This document shows, one piece after another, positions 19,180 to 27,978 of a stretch of DNA of 62,277 bases. The stretch comes from a virus, in IMG/VR virus record IMGVR_UViG_3300020430_000009; one strand, 5' to 3'. Made by a program: the position numbers and the translations under genes. Position 1 is the stretch's first letter. Each line of letters opens with the position of its first letter. Under the pieces are notes generated by a model that searched no databases, was not told where the DNA came from, and saw nothing but the letters and a program-made list of their open reading frames with translations.

Positions 19180-19907
19180 AAATAGCAGTGTGCATATCAG
19201 GAGTTCCTAGAGGAAGAGTTAAAAGAAATATTGAGCACTTAGAAATGGCGTTTGAAGGAGCTGATTTCTTTTATTCAACTTGGAATGAAACTAGCAATGG
19301 AATATCTGAAAGCCTTAAAGCTTCTACGTATCCAGAACCTAAGATGCATTACAATCCATGGAGTGAGTGCGTCACTGCATGTAAGGCTCCAAAATATAAA
19401 GCTTACAAAGAAGACTTTTTAAGAAAAGGTCCTTTGTCTAGTCAACAGAAACTACTTAACGCTACAAAACAAATTATAGCTCACGCCTATCAAGTAGAAG
19501 ATTTACCAGAAGAATATGACATGATCATTAGAGCTAGATGGGACACCTACACATCGATAAAAGTCAACTTTGAAAAATACTTACAAGACTCGTATAACAA
19601 TCAACAAGCCATAGGGTTTGCTATAAGAGGTAGTAGATGGATAGACGTAAACAAATTTAGAGACATAGATCACATGTATATCGATGAAAACACGGATAAA
19701 AGTTGGAGTCGAGATTGGTCTTATTGGCTAAATGATAATTTAATAATACACCCTAGAAAAATATTTGATCCAGTCAGAGTCAAGCTACTTCATAGAATGA
19801 AAGGACTCTTGCCTTGCGAGTTTGGTTGGTATCAGGTACTAAGTAATAATGATAATCACCATTGCGTTTATGGTGGTGCCGCCATCGAAAGATTTGTAGA
19901 TAGATAA
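19176..19907 (+). CDS. putative glycosyltransferase
   Basis: MKIAVCISG...YDMIIRARWD pattern seen in viral glycosylation clusters. Confidence 0.55.
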   Translation: MKIAVCISGVPRGRVKRNIEHLEMAFEGADFFYSTWNETSNGISESLKASTYPEPKMHYNPWSECVTACKAPKYKAYKEDFLRKGPLSSQQKLLNATKQIIAHAYQVEDLPEEYDMIIRARWDTYTSIKVNFEKYLQDSYNNQQAIGFAIRGSRWIDVNKFRDIDHMYIDENTDKSWSRDWSYWLNDNLIIHPRKIFDPVRVKLLHRMKGLLPCEFGWYQVLSNNDNHHCVYGGAAIERFVDR

Positions 19908-20318
19908 ATGCTTGACACTTTGTTTAAGAGATACAAATCTAAAAGACCTCATGTTTATTACTATGAGAGAGAATTATTTAAACACAAAATATATCCTATC
20001 AATTTACTACAAGTAGGAATGGACACCACACTACAAGTTTGGCTTAAGTACTTGAAAAATTCGAATATCTATTGCATAGATAGTTTTAACAATTCGCAAC
20101 CAGTTAACTATAGTTTTTTAGATGACAAAAGATTATTTTGGTCAAGATGCGATCCTGACGATCGCAAAGCAGTAGATAAAATTATGCGTGAGATATGGAA
20201 TAAGCCAAGATTTGACGTGATTATAGATAATACTAACAACTTCGAAAATCTTAAAAGATACTGTATTGGAAAATACTACGCAGAGAAAAAAGATGAAGTC
20301 ATTTGCCATAGTTGTTAA
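19908..20318 (+). CDS. short or degenerate SAM-methyltransferase-like protein
   Basis: NLLQVG, IYCID and FDVIID remnants of a sugar O-methyltransferase fold. Confidence 0.45.
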   Translation: MLDTLFKRYKSKRPHVYYYERELFKHKIYPINLLQVGMDTTLQVWLKYLKNSNIYCIDSFNNSQPVNYSFLDDKRLFWSRCDPDDRKAVDKIMREIWNKPRFDVIIDNTNNFENLKRYCIGKYYAEKKDEVICHSC

Positions 20319-20994
20319 AGACAACAAAATATCAGAAGCTGGATTTGAAGAACTTAAAAGAACGTGGGGATCTTATGGATACGAATATTCTTCACTTGAA
20401 AAACACTATGCGACTCCTTTAGACAAAGTTGAAGGATACTGCGCTGGAAATGGATTGATTTGGAACTATCCGTGGGAAGGTGAAGTAATAGATATAAAAA
20501 GTGGACTTACCAAAAAAGCGTATCCAACCACAAATAGACTAGCAAGAATTTCTTGTTTCATGAGTCACTGGTATCTTTGGCAAAAATGTATAAAATTAGA
20601 CGAGATGATTTTAATATTTGAACATGACGCCAAGCTTATAAAACAGTTACCCAGTGTAAAAACTTTTGACAAGTGTTCATTCGATATTATTGGTATTAAT
20701 GATCCTTCTATGGCTACTAGAAAGTCTAAGTTATATCACGATTTGATTCTTAAAAATCCAGAAAAAATTCAGCCAGTTCCAACCATCGATGAAGTACACG
20801 TACCTCAAGGATTGGCTGGTAATTCTGCTTACGTAATCAAACCATCTGGAGCTAAAAAGATGATTGAACTTACAAGGGAACACGGGATGTGGCCAAACGA
20901 CGCACTTATGTGTAAACAGTTAATATCTACATTAGGTGTTACACGAAACTTTTACTCTACAATTCAAGGATTGAGGTCAACGACAACGCTATGA
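20293..20994 (+). CDS. glycosyltransferase family 25
   Basis: SCFMSHWYLW, LIFEHDA and AYVIKPSGAKKMI motifs. Confidence 0.8.
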   Translation: MKSFAIVVKDNKISEAGFEELKRTWGSYGYEYSSLEKHYATPLDKVEGYCAGNGLIWNYPWEGEVIDIKSGLTKKAYPTTNRLARISCFMSHWYLWQKCIKLDEMILIFEHDAKLIKQLPSVKTFDKCSFDIIGINDPSMATRKSKLYHDLILKNPEKIQPVPTIDEVHVPQGLAGNSAYVIKPSGAKKMIELTREHGMWPNDALMCKQLISTLGVTRNFYSTIQGLRSTTTL

Positions 20995-21641
20995 CAAATT
21001 ACTATGTAATCACTATGATGGACAACGAAAGATCTACTCAGGTTGCGAGAAGATGTATTGAAAGTGGAAAGAAGCTTGGATATAATATATTGATGTTTAA
21101 AGCTTTTACACCAGATAATTGCAATCCAGAAGAAGTGGCGATCACTAATGATTTACCACTAAAAGGATTTGAAGAAAAATACAGCAGAACCGGAAACTGC
21201 ATATCTGGATTTCTAAGTCATTTTCATTTATGGAAACTTACTGTGGCTAATAACACTCCAACTTTTATATTTGAACACGATGCAGTGATTCTCAATAAAC
21301 TTCCAGACATGACTAATTACGATATCTTATCAGTTGGAAAGCCTTCCTATGGAAAATTTAACATTCCAACTTTCTTAGGTGAAGGTCCACTAACTTCAAA
21401 AAGATACTTCCCTGGCGCTCACGGATACAGAGTAACACCAAAAGGCGCTCAAATGTTAATTGACGAAGCTAAACATACAGCTGGTCCTACTGACGTGTTT
21501 ATTCACGTAGATAAATTTCAGTATCATTTAGGAGAAACTTATCCATGGTCAGTAGAAGCTAATGACTCATTTACTACGATTCAAAGACAAGAAGGCTGTT
21601 TAGCAAAACACAATTATGGTGAAACTTATGAAATTATATGA
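20991..21641 (+). CDS. glycosyltransferase family 25
   Basis: GFLSHFHLW, FIFEHDA and GYRVTPKGAQMLI motifs. Confidence 0.8.
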   Translation: MTNYYVITMMDNERSTQVARRCIESGKKLGYNILMFKAFTPDNCNPEEVAITNDLPLKGFEEKYSRTGNCISGFLSHFHLWKLTVANNTPTFIFEHDAVILNKLPDMTNYDILSVGKPSYGKFNIPTFLGEGPLTSKRYFPGAHGYRVTPKGAQMLIDEAKHTAGPTDVFIHVDKFQYHLGETYPWSVEANDSFTTIQRQEGCLAKHNYGETYEII

Positions 21642-22266
21642 TGAGGCTTTTGTCACAGGTTGCGATAAAGGACATGAATGGATTCTTCCGTGGTTCTTAA
21701 ATAATTACAAACAACATGTTAATGTACCACTAGTGTTCGCTAACTTTGGCTTAACTAAAGAAGGCTTAAATCTAGTTAAAGATCATGCTCACGCAATCAT
21801 GGACTTAACTTCAGCAGAAGAAAAAGGCTGGTTCAAGAAACCATTATCTATGCTAAAGTGTCCAGCAAAGAAAACAGTTTGGATAGATACCGACTGCCAG
21901 ATCAAAGAAGACGTATCTGATATATTTGATCTTATTAAAGAAAATAAACTTTATATGGTAGAAGATAAACCATGGACTCAAAGGCGAGGAGAGGTTTGGC
22001 ATAACTCTGGTGTCGTTGGTTTCGTAAACAAACCACCAATACTATATCAATGGGTAAAGGCCGTAAAAGAAAATCCTACGGTAGGAGACCAAGAAACTTT
22101 ACATTCGATACTTAATCCTATAACTAAGATCGGTAACATCGCTGACTTGCCTAATAGATATAATGTTATGAGGTTACAAGTTGAACACGATAGTTATAAA
22201 GGACCGGTAAGTATCATGCATTGGACCGGCCAAAAAGGTAAAGATAGAATTAGGAATATGTTATGA
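21628..22266 (+). CDS. GT-A fold glycosyltransferase (GT8-like)
   Basis: WIDTDC, NSGVV, GDQETL and IMHWTG motifs. Confidence 0.7.
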   Translation: MKLYDEAFVTGCDKGHEWILPWFLNNYKQHVNVPLVFANFGLTKEGLNLVKDHAHAIMDLTSAEEKGWFKKPLSMLKCPAKKTVWIDTDCQIKEDVSDIFDLIKENKLYMVEDKPWTQRRGEVWHNSGVVGFVNKPPILYQWVKAVKENPTVGDQETLHSILNPITKIGNIADLPNRYNVMRLQVEHDSYKGPVSIMHWTGQKGKDRIRNML

Positions 22267-22883
22267 AGAAAGTTGTACACGTAATTGGTAACGGCGACCA
22301 AGCATCTTTATTTCACAAAGAACATCGGACTGGAATGAAACTAACATGTAATATTCCACCATGGCCAGTGGCTGGAGCTTATGGTACTATCATGGTAGAT
22401 TTTAAAATGATGAGAGCATTACATGAAGGTTCCTTAGATATACCGGGAGACTGGATATTAGGCATGAGGCCAAAGATATGGATGGATCAACAGCCTTCTT
22501 TCTTTATTAAACACTCTCATCAAGTTAAAGAGTTTTACACGGTCCTTCCAAATTACGTTGCAAACTACACTGATTTTAATTGCGGTCATATGGCAGTACA
22601 TTATGCCGCTAATAAAGTTAAAGCAGAAGAAATACATTTGTATGGATTCGATTCTATGTTTGATTTTAATCTAAGAAGCTGTTCTGATTTTTATCTTGGA
22701 TCTGATAGAGGTAATATGAACACAAATAGATTAGCCAATAACTGGAGACCAGTATGGCAAAACATGTTCAAAGAGTTTCCAGACACTACCTTTGTTCTAC
22801 ATCATATACATGATGCGATAAAGTTCCAAGTTCCTGATAATGTTGAAGTAATCACTTATTCTAGTAAGGCCGTAATGACTTAA
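22263..22883 (+). CDS. Maf/GT29-like transferase
   Basis: VHVIGNG...G..AV..A...IHLYGFD pattern. Confidence 0.55.
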   Translation: MKKVVHVIGNGDQASLFHKEHRTGMKLTCNIPPWPVAGAYGTIMVDFKMMRALHEGSLDIPGDWILGMRPKIWMDQQPSFFIKHSHQVKEFYTVLPNYVANYTDFNCGHMAVHYAANKVKAEEIHLYGFDSMFDFNLRSCSDFYLGSDRGNMNTNRLANNWRPVWQNMFKEFPDTTFVLHHIHDAIKFQVPDNVEVITYSSKAVMT

Positions 22884-22890
22884 AAAAAAT

Positions 22891-22941
22891 TCACTTTGAG
22901 GTGATTTTTTTGTTTACATTCTTGTTTTTTTATGGTATAAT
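22891..22941 (+). promoter_or_regulatory. sigma70-type promoter with upstream TCAC-N6-GTGA palindrome
   Basis: TCACTTTGAGGTGA (22891-22904); TTTACA (22913)-17 bp-TATAAT (22936). Confidence 0.8.
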
Positions 22942-22968
22942 ATAACTATAAAATGAAGAGGACACAAG

Positions 22969-23379
22969 ATGTTATTAGTTAATGTACAAGGCGGAACCGC
23001 ACAGAAAAGGCAACTAGCCGAAGATCTTTGCTATTTCGTGGCGCAAAGGTACAAGTTCTCTCCAAAAAAAGAAATAGAAATAGATGTCAACATCAAGAGT
23101 ATAGATGGGGCACAGGGTTTCTGTATGGACTGTGATGATGGTCTATATGAAATAGAAATAGATAACAAAATTACTGGTGACGATTTTATTACTTGTGTAC
23201 TACACGAATTGGTACACGTCAAGCAGTACGTTAAGAAAGAACTACACGATTGTGGTTGTGTTCAAATGTACAAAAAGGTGGCTTACGAAACTGACATGAA
23301 CTATCTTGATAAGCCATGGGAAAAAGAAGCATATAAAATGCAAGAAGTATTACTGGAGGAGTATAAAAATGCTAGCTGA
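22969..23379 (+). CDS. zinc metallopeptidase-like protein
   Basis: HELVH (HExxH) plus PWEKEA. Confidence 0.75.
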   Translation: MLLVNVQGGTAQKRQLAEDLCYFVAQRYKFSPKKEIEIDVNIKSIDGAQGFCMDCDDGLYEIEIDNKITGDDFITCVLHELVHVKQYVKKELHDCGCVQMYKKVAYETDMNYLDKPWEKEAYKMQEVLLEEYKNAS

Positions 23380-23584
23380 AGGAGCAACAGAATACGGTTA
23401 CAGAGGACTGGCCGAGATAGAACTCTTAAAAAAACAAATAGCTGAGGAAACTAAAGAAAAGTACACGCTATATAAGCGCATCAAAGAGTTGACTGAATTA
23501 CTAGAAGAGTATAAAAGAGTAAATCAAGCTTTGAAAGACGAATTGCCATTAAATGTAATTGAAAAAATAATTCAAAAAAAGTGA
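23369..23584 (+). CDS. coiled-coil hypothetical protein
   Basis: SD ggagga before ATG 23369. Confidence 0.55.
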   Translation: MLAEGATEYGYRGLAEIELLKKQIAEETKEKYTLYKRIKELTELLEEYKRVNQALKDELPLNVIEKIIQKK

Positions 23585-23622
23585 AAAAAGTCCTTTACAT
23601 TTGCTTAAAAGTATGGTATAAT
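23581..23622 (+). promoter_or_regulatory. sigma70-type promoter (near-duplicate of 25096-25150)
   Basis: TTTACA (23594)-17 bp-TATAAT (23617). Confidence 0.8.
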
Positions 23623-23695
23623 ATATCTATAAAATGGAAAAAGAAATGAAAACAAAAGTGGAGAAAATCAATGACATAGCGAAGGTAACCGGCAG

Positions 23696-23845
23696 GATGT
23701 GTGATGGACAACGAGATGACGAGAAGCACATCGGGATTTACAGGTACGGAACTACCCAGGGAATCAGCGGCGGAGTATAAAACGTTCCCCTCCTTACCAT
23801 GGGGCCGATAGGTCGGTAAGGAGGATGGTATTGACAACGGCCCCA
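23696..23845 (+). ncRNA. candidate structured RNA with H-type pseudoknot
   Basis: stems CCTCCTTACC/GGTAAGGAGG (10 bp) and TGGGGCCG/CGGCCCCA (8 bp) interleave; additional short upstream stems. Confidence 0.45.
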
Positions 23846-23877
23846 AAGAATTTATAAGCGAAACTGAGGAGTAAATT

Positions 23878-24081
23878 ATGAAAATTTTAAAAGCAATCAA
23901 AGATATTAAGTTTGACAATGGAGTTTCCGAGCCTATTGTCATGGCTTCTGCAGCTGGTTGGTACGTAGGTGCAATCGATAATAGTGAAGGTTTTATTCAG
24001 CCCTACGACAGATACACCGGCTACTATGCCACTTCCGGCGAAGCCGAAACAGTTTTGGACGGGCATTTTAGTAATGCCTAG
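23878..24081 (+). CDS. hypothetical early protein
   Basis: SD gaggag; SAAGWYVG...PYDR motif. Confidence 0.65.
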   Translation: MKILKAIKDIKFDNGVSEPIVMASAAGWYVGAIDNSEGFIQPYDRYTGYYATSGEAETVLDGHFSNA

Positions 24082-24289
24082 TCCATCCGAACTACAAGCA
24101 ATGACGCCGCTATTTCTTCAACTCCTCTTCTTCGCGGTAGCTGGCGCATTGCTCGTAGGCACTTTCGTATCGATCGTCGGTTTGATGTATCGATACGCTC
24201 TTCTTATAGTGTTCGTGCTGTTGGTAGTCTACAGTATCAACTATGGAGTTATCGATATAAATAAGTTAGTACAGGGAGTTGGCGTATGA
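24074..24289 (+). CDS. small membrane protein
   Basis: two hydrophobic helices. Confidence 0.55.
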   Translation: MPSPSELQAMTPLFLQLLFFAVAGALLVGTFVSIVGLMYRYALLIVFVLLVVYSINYGVIDINKLVQGVGV

Positions 24290-24441
24290 TTAGGTGGTTT
24301 GATTATATCATCATAGCACCATTTGCTTACGTGCTATCAAAATCATTTATTATTGGAGCTTATGATTTTACTATTATTTCATATTTGCTCTACGTTGTCT
24401 ATTGCGTGAAAAGAAAAACATGGGAAGGTAAAAAAGTATGA
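24286..24441 (+). CDS. small membrane protein (51 aa, not in ORF track)
   Basis: MIRWFDYIIIAPF...; ATGA overlaps at both ends. Confidence 0.55.
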   Translation: MIRWFDYIIIAPFAYVLSKSFIIGAYDFTIISYLLYVVYCVKRKTWEGKKV

Positions 24442-24797
24442 CTATGCACTTAATGCCAGTTTATTACAATAACAATAACAGTAAAAAACGTAAACCTTTC
24501 CGAAAGCCGGGGTGGCAAAAAGCTCAGGCTGAACACGATGCTTGGTTAAAGAAGCGTGGTGTTCATCCTAGTCAGCTTAAAAACAAAGAGAAATCTAGTG
24601 GCAACAGTATTCCGGATTATTCATCAAACCGTAAGAGCATCCCGACGTCGGATTACGTCGGGCCAATCGAAGGCCGTAAGGCAGCAAAAGTCTATAGTGG
24701 TGACTACATCGTTGGTATCGCAACCATGCACAAATCAAACGCAGTCCCTGTTGGTAAAGGCGATGACATCAAAGCATACGCTAAAATGAGAAGGTAA
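24438..24797 (+). CDS. conserved T4-like hypothetical protein
   Basis: GIATMHKSNAVPV motif. Confidence 0.7.
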   Translation: MTMHLMPVYYNNNNSKKRKPFRKPGWQKAQAEHDAWLKKRGVHPSQLKNKEKSSGNSIPDYSSNRKSIPTSDYVGPIEGRKAAKVYSGDYIVGIATMHKSNAVPVGKGDDIKAYAKMRR

Positions 24798-24803
24798 CAA
24801 TTT

Positions 24804-24879
<76 letters not shown>

Positions 24880-24895
24880 ATTATGGAGAAGAGGA

Positions 24896-25099
24896 ATGGA
24901 ACTAATATTTGTAGCCACACTTTGGATGATGGCTAATAAAGAGTTTGTCGTAACCGCAAACAAACAAATTCAAGATGGTTACAAGTGGCATAAGGTAGAA
25001 TGCAGAAAACCAGACGAAAATATACCACATGTTAAAATAAAATCCCCAAACGGAAAAGAATATATTTGCTTAAAGCTAAAAAAAATCACCTTGAAGTGA
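24896..25099 (+). CDS. hypothetical protein
   Basis: ATG after the tRNA with SD; the ORF-track start overlaps the tRNA. Confidence 0.55.
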   Translation: MELIFVATLWMMANKEFVVTANKQIQDGYKWHKVECRKPDENIPHVKIKSPNGKEYICLKLKKITLK

Positions 25100-25137
25100 A
25101 AAAAGTCCTTTACATTTGCTCAAAAGTATGATAGAAT
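25086..25137 (+). promoter_or_regulatory. sigma70-type promoter with upstream TCAC-N6-GTGA palindrome
   Basis: TCACCTTGAAGTGA (25086-25099); TTTACA (25109)-17 bp-TAGAAT (25132). Confidence 0.75.
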
Positions 25138-25168
25138 ATACTTATAAAATAAAAAATGAGGAGTTGTT

Positions 25169-25360
25169 ATGGATATGAATATGTTAGTAGATATGTTAGC
25201 TAGGATGACAGCTGTAGAAAAAGTACAGTTTGTCGAAAAGCTTTGTGATACGCATCCTAACTTAGCTTTTGAAATCAGTAACTCAATTGAGGTTACTATG
25301 ATGGATAAAGTCTTTTTGGAAAACGAAAAGAAAGTACAGGCTGCGAGGCAGGTGGTATGA
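25169..25360 (+). CDS. hypothetical early protein
   Basis: SD gaggag. Confidence 0.6.
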   Translation: MDMNMLVDMLARMTAVEKVQFVEKLCDTHPNLAFEISNSIEVTMMDKVFLENEKKVQAARQVV

Positions 25361-25599
25361 AAAATCCTATAGCAAAATATTTAATGTGTTCCTATGCTTA
25401 TTATGAGCAAGGTGATCCACTTATATCGGATCAAGAGTTCGATGAGTTAGCTAAGTACATACTAGCTAATTATGATAATATAGAACATATGCACAAGCAT
25501 CTTGTGACTATAGGTGATTTGGAAGCTGGTACTTACTTAGGTAAATATCCAGCAATGGTTAAAGGCGCAGTTGGAAGTTATAGAAGGGGAGAAAGATAA
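25357..25599 (+). CDS. stand-alone NAD+-ligase domain Ia-like protein
   Basis: YAYYEQGDPLISDQEFDEL resembles the LigA YY..D.P.ISD.EYD.L motif. Confidence 0.65.
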   Translation: MKNPIAKYLMCSYAYYEQGDPLISDQEFDELAKYILANYDNIEHMHKHLVTIGDLEAGTYLGKYPAMVKGAVGSYRRGER

Positions 25600-26738
25600 T
25601 GGGACTCACAGCACTAAAAGGTAGAAAATCAAAAAAGAAAATAGCAAGAGCAAAAGTTCGTAGTGGTGCGAATGCTGCTCCAATCGAGAAAGGTTTAGAA
25701 AGTGTACAATATTACTTTCAAAACGAAGTATCTCGTAAAGATGCTATTGAACAAGTAAAGACATATGTCAAAAATAATTTCAGTAAGCAAGAGGCAAGAT
25801 ACATCTTGTCAAATCCTGAATATAAGCTCTTACCAAGTTACTATTCAGCAGCTACTGCTTTCTTTATCAATAGCAATCTTCAAGACGATAAGTTACCTTA
25901 TTGGCAAGAAGCTTTACAAAAGCGTATGACAGATATTATCGAATCTGGTAAGGTGCTCTACGCTGAAAAGCAAAAGGCCAAGAAAGATAGTGCTAATGTC
26001 ATTACACTATCTCCTGCTCAAAGATTGCAGAAAAAGATTAGTAATACAATTATGCAAGATCTACTCGAACTCGAAGACGATTGGATCGACGGAAAAGAAT
26101 CTACTATCAATCTATATGATAGGTTCAAGTTCCATGGCTTGGCAGGCTCCGCTACACTGCCAGTTCGTGGGGTGGTTGAGGGCTGGTTACTAGATTATGA
26201 AGATGCCTACCATAAAAGATGTGACCAAGCAGTTGAAGGGTATTCTCACTTGAAGAGATCAGAACTCAACCGCCGTATTAAAGCGTGTAATGATATGTTA
26301 TCAGATCTCGATAGCATCAAAGCAGCGACTAAAGCAAGTAGAACTATAAAGGTTAAAAGACCTAAGTCTGCCGATAAACAAGTCGCTAAAGTTAAATTTA
26401 AAAGAGAAGATAATGACTTTAAAGTCGTGTCTATCAATCCAGTTCAAATTGTTGGTAAGACTAGGTTATATACCTTCAATGCCAAACATAGAGAACTCAG
26501 TATGTTCTATACCGATAATCCAAGTGGATTTGAAATATCAGGTTCAACTATAAAGTACTTCGATAAAGAACAAAGTATTAAGGTTAGGTTAAGAAAGCCA
26601 ATGGATATGTTGCCATTGATTCTCGATAAGACTCCTAATCAAATACAAAAAGAGTTATCAAACCTTTCGGTAAAGGTCAACACTCCTAATGGTAGACTCA
26701 ACGAGGAAACATTATTGTTAAGAGTACTTGATAAATGA
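25599..26738 (+). CDS. conserved T4-like hypothetical protein
   Basis: 379 aa; SINPVQIVG...LRKP...NGRLNEETLLLRV. Confidence 0.7.
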   Translation: MGLTALKGRKSKKKIARAKVRSGANAAPIEKGLESVQYYFQNEVSRKDAIEQVKTYVKNNFSKQEARYILSNPEYKLLPSYYSAATAFFINSNLQDDKLPYWQEALQKRMTDIIESGKVLYAEKQKAKKDSANVITLSPAQRLQKKISNTIMQDLLELEDDWIDGKESTINLYDRFKFHGLAGSATLPVRGVVEGWLLDYEDAYHKRCDQAVEGYSHLKRSELNRRIKACNDMLSDLDSIKAATKASRTIKVKRPKSADKQVAKVKFKREDNDFKVVSINPVQIVGKTRLYTFNAKHRELSMFYTDNPSGFEISGSTIKYFDKEQSIKVRLRKPMDMLPLILDKTPNQIQKELSNLSVKVNTPNGRLNEETLLLRVLDK

Positions 26739-26983
26739 GTAACAAATTAGAAGACCAGTTTTTGACTAAGTCAAAATTCACTAAACTTATCGAAGCTACA
26801 GTGAGTGATAAACATATACCTTACATGGATGCTATTCTCGATGTATGTCAAAAGAACGAAATCGAAATAGAAGACATTAAGAAGTTTATATCGCCTGTAA
26901 TAAAAGATAAGTTAGAGGCAGAAGCGATGGAATTGAATTTCTTACCGAAAAAAAATTCAATCGACTCATCGTTATTTGAGTAG
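26735..26983 (+). CDS. gp33: late transcription coactivator gp33
   Basis: YMDAILDVC..NEIEIE...IKDKLEAEAMELNFL; position before gp32. Confidence 0.85.
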   Translation: MSNKLEDQFLTKSKFTKLIEATVSDKHIPYMDAILDVCQKNEIEIEDIKKFISPVIKDKLEAEAMELNFLPKKNSIDSSLFE

Positions 26984-27093
26984 ATGCTTATATATAATAT
27001 AGGTAACTTTGTATCGCTATGATGTTGGCAGGGTTACATTAATATACAGCGTAATATTTCAGTTAATACTTCAGTAAATAAGGAGACAATACT

Positions 27094-27978
27094 ATGTCGT
27101 TCGAAACTCTAAAGCGCAATCGTGGCGCAAACATCAATAAAATTATTCAGGCAGCAGAATCCGCAAATGGTGGAGAAACTAAGTCCTATGCAGATGATAG
27201 GATTTGGAAACCTACCGTTGACAAGGCGGGTAATGGCTATGCTGTTATCAGATTCTTGCCTGGGAAAGACGGAGAGATTCCATTTGTTAGATATTGGGAC
27301 CATGGATTTAAAGGTCCAACCGGTATGTGGTATATTGAAAACTCTCTAACTTCTATTGGTCAAAATGATCCAGTAGGAGAACTTAACTCTAAGCTTTGGA
27401 ATTCTGGTATCGAATCAGATAAAGAAAAAGCCCGGGCTCAAAAACGTAGACTTCATTATGTTACAAACATCTATGTAGCAAACGATCCTTCAGCTCCTCA
27501 TAACGAAGGTAAGGTGTTCCTATATAAGTTTGGCAAGAAGATCTTTGATAAGATTTATGATCTTATGAATCCGGCGTTTGCAGATGAAAAGCCAATCGAT
27601 CCATTTGATATGTGGGAAGGTGCAGACTTTAAACTTAAGATTAGAAATGTTGAAGGTTATAGAAACTACGACAAGTCTGAGTTTACTAGTCCTGTACAGC
27701 TCTTAGATGGAAATGAAGATCAGTTGAAGACTGTATACGAAGGTATGCATGACTTAACAGAGTTTACTAATCCAAAGAACTATAAGACGTATGATGAACT
27801 TAAAACTAAGTTGATGAGAGTTCTTGGTGAAGAAGCTACAGCTGGTGCTTACACCGTTAAGGAAGAGATTCAGATCAATGAACCTGTTCCAGCCATTGAA
27901 CCGGTATCTGCCGCTGAAATGGACGATGAAGCTCAGGATACTATGTCTTACTTTGCAAAATTAGCAAAAGAAGACTAA
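27094..27978 (+). CDS. gp32: single-stranded DNA-binding protein gp32
   Basis: DKAGNGYAVIRFLP, WYIENSLT, YKFGKKIFDKI and NYDKSEF motifs; acidic tail. Confidence 0.95.
   Translation: MSFETLKRNRGANINKIIQAAESANGGETKSYADDRIWKPTVDKAGNGYAVIRFLPGKDGEIPFVRYWDHGFKGPTGMWYIENSLTSIGQNDPVGELNSKLWNSGIESDKEKARAQKRRLHYVTNIYVANDPSAPHNEGKVFLYKFGKKIFDKIYDLMNPAFADEKPIDPFDMWEGADFKLKIRNVEGYRNYDKSEFTSPVQLLDGNEDQLKTVYEGMHDLTEFTNPKNYKTYDELKTKLMRVLGEEATAGAYTVKEEIQINEPVPAIEPVSAAEMDDEAQDTMSYFAKLAKED

Noticed and set aside
23789-23845. HDV-like/theta ribozyme on the minus strand
   Set aside because: Nested pairing can be drawn, but there is no J4/2 strand carrying the catalytic C; kept only as an unassigned pseudoknot.
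23858-23872. Hammerhead ribozyme core (GAAA...CTGAGGA)
   Set aside because: The two motifs abut, leaving no room for stems I and III; GAGGAG is simply the SD of the next gene.
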